Positions 1 through 7,064 of a stretch of DNA of 20,000 bases are shown in pieces. The translations under genes and the position numbers were made by a program. The DNA is from an uncultured virus (IMG/VR IMGVR_UViG_3300025867_000015) (Duplodnaviria > Heunggongvirae > Uroviricota > Caudoviricetes). Location of the stretch: positions 56,548-76,547 of the IMG/VR virus record IMGVR_UViG_3300025867_000015, one strand, 5' to 3'. The notes under the pieces are model-generated. The model had not been told where the DNA came from. It made no database searches and was given only the letters and a program-made list of their open reading frames with translations. Numbering within the stretch: the first letter of the stretch is position 1; each line of letters begins with the position of its first letter.

Positions 1-432
1 TTTAATAGTGTCTTCAGGTTCAGGGTTAACATACTTCATCAAATCAAATTTACAAAATTCAAACATATTCAACATAAATTCAGAGTCAAATTTGATAAAA
101 TTATGTCCTAATAATACTGGTAACTTAGTTCCCACTTTATATTTTTTAAATACATCAATAACTTTCATACAGACTTCTTTTAAATCTTCCCCTTGCTCTT
201 CTACCATTTCTTTAGTTATACCAGATGTAACAGCTGCTTCTTGTGAATATACTAAACCTTCTTTATAGGGTTTAATCAACCATGAATACTGATCAATTAT
301 TTCTAATTCTTTTGATACAACCACTAAAGCTATTTCAGTCAAAGCAATATCAAATACTGCTTTCTTAATCTTACTGGGGAGCCCCCCAGTTTCTACATCT
401 ATTACAATAAAATTTTGATATGGACTATCCAT
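1..432 (-). CDS. DEDD-family (DnaQ/RNase T-like) 3'-5' exonuclease, runs off the window end (3'-truncated)
   Basis: Not in the ORF track. Manual translation from ATG at 432 gives 144 open codons: MDSPYQNFIVIDVETGGLPSKIKK...TEIALVVV...LIKPY...SGIT...LLGHNFIKFDSEFM...EDTIK. It has the ExoI (IDVETGG) and ExoII (GHNxxxFD) motifs. The start overlaps the stop of the 67-aa ORF (ATGGATAG). Confidence 0.93.
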   Translation of the reverse strand, partial: MDSPYQNFIVIDVETGGLPSKIKKAVFDIALTEIALVVVSKELEIIDQYSWLIKPYKEGLVYSQEAAVTSGITKEMVEEQGEDLKEVCMKVIDVFKKYKVGTKLPVLLGHNFIKFDSEFMLNMFEFCKFDLMKYVNPEPEDTIK

Positions 433-628
433 TCTTTTTAAGATTATATAGTTTTACACATTTAATTTCGCTATTCAATACAATTATATTACCACCTAAA
501 TATTTAGGTAAATGTCCACGTCTAATATAAGATTGAACATCACTAATAGTAAACTTTTTACCAGTCTTCTTCTTATAATTTTCATTAAGATAACTTACTA
601 AAAAAGTAAGTGTTATGTTTGTTAACAT
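425..628 (-). CDS. small basic protein, putative (winged) HTH DNA-binding protein
   Basis: 67 aa, Lys-rich. LVSYLNENY...FTISDVQSYIRRGHLP resembles MerR/excisionase-like HTH patterns. Co-oriented with and overlapping the exonuclease start. Confidence 0.55.
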   Translation of the reverse strand: MLTNITLTFLVSYLNENYKKKTGKKFTISDVQSYIRRGHLPKYLGGNIIVLNSEIKCVKLYNLKKNG

Positions 629-659
629 TTTTCATAAACATAAAAAATAAATCGAAATA

Positions 660-1172
660 CTATCTTAAAAATAACCCTCTATATAATTCCATATAATCAT
701 CTAATTTCTTAAGAACACTATCTCTATCTTCTAAATTATCATATTCTAAAATTTCGTTAGCATAAAATGGTACTTGTTTCGCATTATCTGGAGTAGGGTT
801 CAATCTTATAACATAGATTATACCATCTTTTTCAGATACCCAATCTACAGAATCATACCCGATCAATAAAAATAAATCTAATCTTCGACCACAAGTATTT
901 AAATACCTAAGAAATAATGGATTACTATTATCACCCTCTTTACTATTAGTAATATTTGTATTTACTTCTAATAAGGCTAAAGCAATATCATCATCTGATT
1001 TATATTTATAATTATTCAATATTTCAACCACATCTTTAAATCTCAGTTTCTTAAATAACTCAATAATCTCAGTAACTATCTGTCCATCTATATCAGAAAT
1101 AGGATGGATGAGTTTATCCTTGATTTCATCTGGGTATCTATCAGATGCTGCCTTTAGATATTTGTTCATCAA
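660..1172 (-). CDS. hypothetical phage protein
   Basis: 170-aa ORF in the operon, overlapping the upstream gene end by 32 nt. No motif recognised. Confidence 0.75.
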   Translation of the reverse strand: MMNKYLKAASDRYPDEIKDKLIHPISDIDGQIVTEIIELFKKLRFKDVVEILNNYKYKSDDDIALALLEVNTNITNSKEGDNSNPLFLRYLNTCGRRLDLFLLIGYDSVDWVSEKDGIIYVIRLNPTPDNAKQVPFYANEILEYDNLEDRDSVLKKLDDYMELYRGLFLR

Positions 1173-1665
1173 ATAATTCTTGTATTATTTCTTGGTTCAT
1201 TTTAAAAATTTTCATATTCTCTCTATCACCACTTTCCCACCTAGTATGATCTCTTTGACATAATCTATTAAAATTTTTCTTATTTCTTCTAAATTCTGGA
1301 TATGCTCCCTTACTCAATATATGTGAATACTGATATCTATCTATAACAAAACCATTACTGTCTCTAAAAATATCTGGCAATTCTGTCTCACACTCTGCAC
1401 ACTTATTTGGTTGACTGCAAAAAACTTCATAATATACTTCTTCATCCAACCTGAGTTCTTCTTTACGTTTATCAATTCTTTCTTGCTTCAAATTACTAAT
1501 AACACTTGATTTCTTTTTCTTTACTATACTTTTATTTCTTTGCTTATCTAATTCATATTCAAACTTATTCTTACCATGTAATCTAATAAAATTACAATTA
1601 TCACATAAACAGTATTTCTTATTTGTTACATAAGAACTACCACATTTAACACAACCGTCTGACAT
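1141..1665 (-). CDS. Zn-finger + HNH-type endonuclease (NinG/Rap-like)
   Basis: N-terminal CVKC...CDNC knuckle. C-terminal CAEC...YSHILSKGAYPEFR...NFNRLCQRDH matches the beta-beta-alpha-Me (HNH/NinG) pattern. Confidence 0.75.
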   Translation of the reverse strand: MSDGCVKCGSSYVTNKKYCLCDNCNFIRLHGKNKFEYELDKQRNKSIVKKKKSSVISNLKQERIDKRKEELRLDEEVYYEVFCSQPNKCAECETELPDIFRDSNGFVIDRYQYSHILSKGAYPEFRRNKKNFNRLCQRDHTRWESGDRENMKIFKMNQEIIQELFDEQISKGSI

Positions 1666-2137
1666 GATTATAACAAATTTGGTAATTAATACAACATTTA
1701 CAAATATCAGAACTATCGCTAAATAAACTTAATTCATCACAATATAATAATCTATCATTTATATCAGTAAATCTTAATTTCTCTCTCTCATTATGTTCTT
1801 TTATATTTAATTTATCAAATTCTCTATTAATACCTAATTTTCTTCTAAATTCATTAGCAAAATAAACTTGTTGTTCTGTCCTATTCTCCCATCTCTCAAT
1901 TGCCTTATCACCAAAAATCCAATTCAAATAAACCCTATCGAATCGTGTTTTCATACCATCATAATATGAAAACTGAAAAATAATAAAATCTAACAACCAC
2001 TGTTCTCCAACATTAATATTAATCTTATCTATAAAATCTTTTATTAATTTCTCAACTTTATCATTCTTAAAATGATATTCAAAACCATATATCTGCATGT
2101 ATACTTTATTAAATATATCTTTAACCAAATCTATCAT
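1646..2137 (-). CDS. hypothetical phage protein with C-terminal Cys cluster
   Basis: 163 aa, ends C...CKCC...C (possible metal site). First gene after the AT-rich intergenic gap. Confidence 0.75.
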   Translation of the reverse strand: MIDLVKDIFNKVYMQIYGFEYHFKNDKVEKLIKDFIDKININVGEQWLLDFIIFQFSYYDGMKTRFDRVYLNWIFGDKAIERWENRTEQQVYFANEFRRKLGINREFDKLNIKEHNEREKLRFTDINDRLLYCDELSLFSDSSDICKCCINYQICYNHVRRLC

Positions 2138-2214
2138 TTAAATATAAATTTTATATTTTAATTTATAAAATTATATAATTTATCAATATAAACTTTAAAA
2201 AACCAAAAATATTT
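2138..2214. promoter_or_regulatory. AT-rich intergenic region at the structural/non-structural boundary; candidate promoter/operator
   Basis: Largest gap in the window (77 bp), almost all A/T. Contains palindromes AAATATAAA-T-TTTATATTT (2140-2158) and AAATTATATAATTT (2168-2181). Confidence 0.4.
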
Positions 2215-2778
2215 TTACCACTGAAAATTAATATCAATAATATCCTCTTTAGAAAGTTCCACCTCATTATAATGATATGGATCACTAGAGTCTTGTTGAT
2301 ATATAGAATTTTGTTCTAACTTAATAGCATCTAAATTTAATTCTCTTTCAAACCAAATACCAAGCATACCACCTGAAGCTATACTGCCTATACTAATTTT
2401 ATTATCTTCTCCATCAGCTTCATAAAATGTTGCATACAATGGTTTACTCTCATTACTACTAATATGTTCCATAAATTCTATACCGTCTGTATCAGTAGCT
2501 AAATCGACAATAGCTACCCTAAATTTAGAAGAACAAGAACTTGGATATTTAAACCAAAAATATACATCTGAATGTGCTACAGAATCTTCATTAACTAAAA
2601 TTAGACCAATATATTTATTACTGTTGTTATTCTTAACAGTATACATTGATATGTCACTAAACAAATTTTCAAATCTATTACTCTCAACTAAATTAGCAGA
2701 TTTATATCCACCTAAACTTAGTTCAGGTTTAAATTGGACATCATTCTGAGCTGATGCTACAGTATAGTATAATTTCAT
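2215..2778 (-). CDS. putative virion/baseplate-associated structural protein
   Basis: 187 aa. SLGGYKS...NLFSDIS and GIWFER motifs recall conserved proteins at the distal end of myophage baseplate operons. Last gene of the tail module. Confidence 0.6.
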   Translation of the reverse strand: MKLYYTVASAQNDVQFKPELSLGGYKSANLVESNRFENLFSDISMYTVKNNNSNKYIGLILVNEDSVAHSDVYFWFKYPSSCSSKFRVAIVDLATDTDGIEFMEHISSNESKPLYATFYEADGEDNKISIGSIASGGMLGIWFERELNLDAIKLEQNSIYQQDSSDPYHYNEVELSKEDIIDINFQW

Positions 2779-2781
2779 TTC

Positions 2782-4446
2782 TTAGAAGTATATAATTACT
2801 GTTTTATAACAATTCCCAATGCCAGTTGTGGTCATAATCGTTACTAACCCATTAATATCTATAGTAACCTTACCAGTCATCTCTATACTATCATAAGATT
2901 GTAGAAAATCTACCACTTTATGAGAAAATGTAAATGGCACTACAAAAGTAATAGGTACCGCTACAGATATTGCAATGCGTTCTATATTAATTACTAATTT
3001 ATTTACATCATATTTATAATACACCTTATTAGTAGCAGTACTTATAAGAGCAGAATTAGTATCATACATCTTATCAACTTGAACCCAAGGAGAATCTACC
3101 CAACTTGAATTGATATTTACTAAATTCCAAACATTATCTTTATCTAAAACTAAATGTATAATACTACCACTCTTTATCACAACTCTTGGCCCTACTACAT
3201 AATTAAGAGCATAATCATTAGTCTTTATAGACCAAGCTACAGCTGGATCAGAATTTACTTTTACTCCAATTGTTAAATCGACACTACTATCATCTAATTT
3301 TAAAAACAAAGAAGTCCCTGGTAATACTGATTTAGTACAAGTAATACTAACTAATTCATATCCACCAGTAGCAGTTATATAAAACAATGATCCATTCCTA
3401 TCAGGAATAACTAGACTACTAGTATTATTCCCATTCGTTAATGTAATAGGAGTAACAGCTGATATAGAATCTAAATAATATTCTAAAAATGAAGCAAACG
3501 AGGGCACAGCTGTTGAAAAAGTCTTTTTACCTGTAATTGTCTGAACTAAACTCTTATATACTATATCAGGTGAATAAGCAAAATTGAACAAATAATCGCC
3601 TCTCAGATCCACTACAGTAAATGCCCCACCTGAACCAAACACTAATTTACAAATAATAAAACCACCTGCCCCTGTTATATCTGATGCTGTCTCCGTAAAC
3701 GTTAATTTCCCATTAGCAGTAACATATGAAAATTTATTTGTCAAACTGCCTTGAATATCTAAATCATAAGACCCAACAATCAACATTTTTACATTAGTTT
3801 CATTACTTACTATACCTGAAATAATAATATTATTATCATCTATAATTGATATTACTTCATATGTCTCACTATTAACAGCTGCTGCACCAAGTTCTGTATA
3901 AAATCGTATTTTAGTAGGATTCTTCAGAGATTGTCCTCTTAATTTCGTAAAATCTCCCCCAGTTATAGTAACCTGGTTAGAAGAAGAAATATTACACAAC
4001 CCAACCTCTAATGGATCCCAAATAGGGGAGAGACCCATATAAACTTCATCTCCACTACCATAAGTTTCTATACCATCAACTGTGATATTATCAGTCTCTT
4101 CCCATTTTAACAATGTCACTAATTGCTTAGAAAGAGAGTTATTATAATACTCCAACCCTGATACTTTCTTTGTTGTTGTATTTTCAACACACAGAACACC
4201 ACGTCCAACTCCAACCTTTAATGTATTATAACCCTCAACTTGAACAGATCCTAATGATACTTTAAAAAAATCATTTATTAATGAACTTGTATTAGTATCA
4301 TAAGCATCTAAAGACCCTCCCACTAAATCTGAATTACGATTATATCGTAATACATTACCAACTAACTCTCTCAAAGATTCATCCCAAAGTCTTAATTCTT
4401 CTTTAGAAATTATCTGTTTACTATTGAAATTAGGTGTCTGTTGCAT
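2782..4446 (-). CDS. baseplate-attached tail fibre / receptor-binding-type protein
   Basis: 554 aa, beta-rich, Gly/Thr/Ser-rich. Carries a fibre-shaft motif (QTITGKKTF) followed by a putative distal binding region. Located downstream of the wedge genes. Confidence 0.65.
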   Translation of the reverse strand: MQQTPNFNSKQIISKEELRLWDESLRELVGNVLRYNRNSDLVGGSLDAYDTNTSSLINDFFKVSLGSVQVEGYNTLKVGVGRGVLCVENTTTKKVSGLEYYNNSLSKQLVTLLKWEETDNITVDGIETYGSGDEVYMGLSPIWDPLEVGLCNISSSNQVTITGGDFTKLRGQSLKNPTKIRFYTELGAAAVNSETYEVISIIDDNNIIISGIVSNETNVKMLIVGSYDLDIQGSLTNKFSYVTANGKLTFTETASDITGAGGFIICKLVFGSGGAFTVVDLRGDYLFNFAYSPDIVYKSLVQTITGKKTFSTAVPSFASFLEYYLDSISAVTPITLTNGNNTSSLVIPDRNGSLFYITATGGYELVSITCTKSVLPGTSLFLKLDDSSVDLTIGVKVNSDPAVAWSIKTNDYALNYVVGPRVVIKSGSIIHLVLDKDNVWNLVNINSSWVDSPWVQVDKMYDTNSALISTATNKVYYKYDVNKLVINIERIAISVAVPITFVVPFTFSHKVVDFLQSYDSIEMTGKVTIDINGLVTIMTTTGIGNCYKTVIIYF

Positions 4447-4448
4447 TT

Positions 4449-6308
4449 TTATATGAATTGAATATTGGTATTACAATTATAAGGTATTAATTTATCATCA
4501 ATGAAATCTTTGATATACTCATCTGACATACCTGAATTATTCTTTAAAAAACAAATCATCTTATTTTTATTATCTATCATTCCTTTTGAAGTATTCAAAC
4601 TCAATGGCCTGACTACAATATCTTTTATATTAACAACTGCTCCTAAACCAGAACAATAAAAATTAATTACTGGCATCAAATATTTTACTTCATTCTGAGA
4701 ATCATTATACAAATTACTGCCAATATTTATATTTAACGTATCAGCAACATCTGGTAACTTTATCAATGAATATACTCCTCTTACCCATAAATCTCTACCA
4801 TTACACAATGAAAATAAAGTGTCTTCAATAAACATATTAGAAGCTGTATCATCACTATACTTCTTAGTCTTATCAACTTCATTGAAATCAACATCTAATG
4901 TCTTTATACCAAACTGTAAATTAATATTAGCATCTGTTTTAATCACAAAACTAATTTCATACCCGGAAATATCATCACTGTCTGTAGCAATAGGTATTGG
5001 ACAAAATGGGAATAAAGTATTTGGCTTATAAGAATCTAGAGTCATAACATCTACAGTATTTAACCCAAATACTCCAGGATTTTCAAAATCTAAAGAATAT
5101 TGAATATATCCATTACTAATTATAGGCTTAATATTATTAGTCCATAATAATGGATATCTACTTAATCTATTTACAACTCCCTTTTCATACGATTTGTTTA
5201 AATTAACGCAACTTGCTTCCTGAGAAATAGGGGAGCTAACATCAATAGTTAACCCTAATTCTGATGATTTTATCAACTCGGTTAAACATTCACCATCAAT
5301 ATGATTAATCAATCTTCTTATCTCTCCATCAACTCTTACATAATCAATATTATCAAATCCAACATTTCTTACCCAATTACTATCCCAGACACCATCAACA
5401 GTTACTCCCATTACTCCGGGGTATAAAGGTGCTTTATTACTATCTAATATAAATCCTCCTCCTTCATTACATTTCCATTGATATACATCATCAATAGTAT
5501 AATCACTATTATATTTAGTAACTCTAAGGTTAGCTAAAACAGGTAATGAACCATTAAACAAGTGTATAAACGTATATGCATTAACTGTGGAAACTACTAT
5601 ACTACTTATTAGTTCACCATTAATATACAGATAAATATTAGTGCCTACTCTTATAAACTTCACATTATTAACAATAGTAACATCTAATGATGCATTATAT
5701 GTTAAAACATTAGTATAACAATTATATGAAATACTATACACTCCTATATTATTTTCGTCTGGGTCACTTACTTTCTTTATATGAATAAAACAACTACTTA
5801 ATGTTCTATAAAATAAATCGCCATCAACAGTTAATAAAGTATCACCATTTTTTAATAAAATATCAAACTCTATACAATGAAAAAAACCTAAATAAACAGA
5901 AGTGTCTAATGAACAAGCCCCACCAATAACACCAATCCCACTATTATTATCTATATCTGATTCTATATCTTCTGTTAATTCATACATATTTGATCCAACT
6001 TCATCTGATTTACCAATATAATTATCAATTTGTTTAGTGCCTCGTTTACTTATTTCTTCTCTCCAGTATTTATACAAATAATCTAACAAATAACTATCTG
6101 AATCATTACTAAAAGCAATTTCTCTTGATTTTAAAAATCTTCTAACCATTTCATCATAATTATCAATATCTCTAAATACATATCTATAAATATTAAGCAT
6201 GCCAACTAAATAACAAATAGAATACCAATATGAATAAAAATCCATATCGCCATCACCCGAGTCTACAAAAACTCCACCAACTTTAGTATAGTCATTTATT
6301 TCAGGCAT
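4449..6308 (-). CDS. baseplate wedge protein (P2 gpI / T4 gp7-like) with inserted LamG/concanavalin-like domain
   Basis: 619 aa. Helical N-terminus ends in KRGTKQI, resembling the gpI K/R-G-T motif. Internal IEFDI...VKFIRVGTNIYLYINGEL...WKCNEGGG..DS is LamG-like. Position is downstream of baseplate J. Confidence 0.65.
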   Translation of the reverse strand: MPEINDYTKVGGVFVDSGDGDMDFYSYWYSICYLVGMLNIYRYVFRDIDNYDEMVRRFLKSREIAFSNDSDSYLLDYLYKYWREEISKRGTKQIDNYIGKSDEVGSNMYELTEDIESDIDNNSGIGVIGGACSLDTSVYLGFFHCIEFDILLKNGDTLLTVDGDLFYRTLSSCFIHIKKVSDPDENNIGVYSISYNCYTNVLTYNASLDVTIVNNVKFIRVGTNIYLYINGELISSIVVSTVNAYTFIHLFNGSLPVLANLRVTKYNSDYTIDDVYQWKCNEGGGFILDSNKAPLYPGVMGVTVDGVWDSNWVRNVGFDNIDYVRVDGEIRRLINHIDGECLTELIKSSELGLTIDVSSPISQEASCVNLNKSYEKGVVNRLSRYPLLWTNNIKPIISNGYIQYSLDFENPGVFGLNTVDVMTLDSYKPNTLFPFCPIPIATDSDDISGYEISFVIKTDANINLQFGIKTLDVDFNEVDKTKKYSDDTASNMFIEDTLFSLCNGRDLWVRGVYSLIKLPDVADTLNINIGSNLYNDSQNEVKYLMPVINFYCSGLGAVVNIKDIVVRPLSLNTSKGMIDNKNKMICFLKNNSGMSDEYIKDFIDDKLIPYNCNTNIQFI

Positions 6309-6320
6309 GACAAATTTTAA

Positions 6321-7061
6321 TTATATGATAATTGCATTACTTTCATCATTATTATAACTACATCTAGCTAAAGTAGTTAAGGCTGCCCATGCTGCATTAT
6401 CTGTAACTTCCGGTATTAATGTCCCATCTCTTAATTTTGTTTCACAAATATTATCAGCTAAAATTTCAAGACCGCCAATACAAATTGTGCGATACACTTT
6501 ATCATCATTTCCTATATATATCCCTGACTCCCCATTCTCTAAAGTTGTCGAATCCTTTATTACTCTTATGGATCTCCCACTTTTTTCTTCTCCCAAATAA
6601 GCCATAACAAAATAACTATGTAAATAACTAAAAATAATTTCAGAAGGAGTTTCATAAACTAAATCTGATGTCATAATATTGCTAATATTTTTTAAATCAG
6701 AAAATGTACCATCAGAGTTTCTTTTACCACCGCCTCTTGCATTAAATCCATATAAATTATCAGCACCAGTATTAGGTGAATTCCAAAAATCATTAATAAT
6801 ATCTTTCATATGTCCACCTCCTATTTCATATCCACCCACACTATCTTCAATAGTTATATATTCATCTCTAGATGCCACATGCCACCCTATAGCAGCTAAT
6901 TCATTACCATTTAATACAGTATATGGATTATATAAATATCCAAATTTTACAGATGTAATAATAGGACTAGGATCACTTCCACCTGTGAAATAATTCAATT
7001 TCCACCAATTCTTAATGACATCCTTGGATGTCACTTTTATATTTGCTATATATGTCGACAT
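6321..7061 (-). CDS. Fib_succ_major (FISUMP) domain protein, circularly permuted
   Basis: 246 aa. Motifs FGYLYN, GWHVAS..EY, WNSPNTGADN..GFNARGGGKRNSDGTF and GRSIRVIKD are followed by GNDDKVYRTICIG...LADN and IPEVTDNAAWAALTTLARCSYNND. Confidence 0.9.
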   Translation of the reverse strand: MSTYIANIKVTSKDVIKNWWKLNYFTGGSDPSPIITSVKFGYLYNPYTVLNGNELAAIGWHVASRDEYITIEDSVGGYEIGGGHMKDIINDFWNSPNTGADNLYGFNARGGGKRNSDGTFSDLKNISNIMTSDLVYETPSEIIFSYLHSYFVMAYLGEEKSGRSIRVIKDSTTLENGESGIYIGNDDKVYRTICIGGLEILADNICETKLRDGTLIPEVTDNAAWAALTTLARCSYNNDESNAIII

Positions 7062-7064
7062 ATC

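Noticed and set aside
8..268. 86-aa plus-strand ORF
   Set aside because: Antisense shadow of the minus-strand DEDD exonuclease (1-432), with no recognisable motifs.
373..390. GC-rich hairpin ACTGGGG-AGCC-CCCCAGT as a terminator
   Set aside because: It lies inside the exonuclease CDS, encodes the TGGLPS stretch at the ExoI motif, and has no U-tract on the coding strand.
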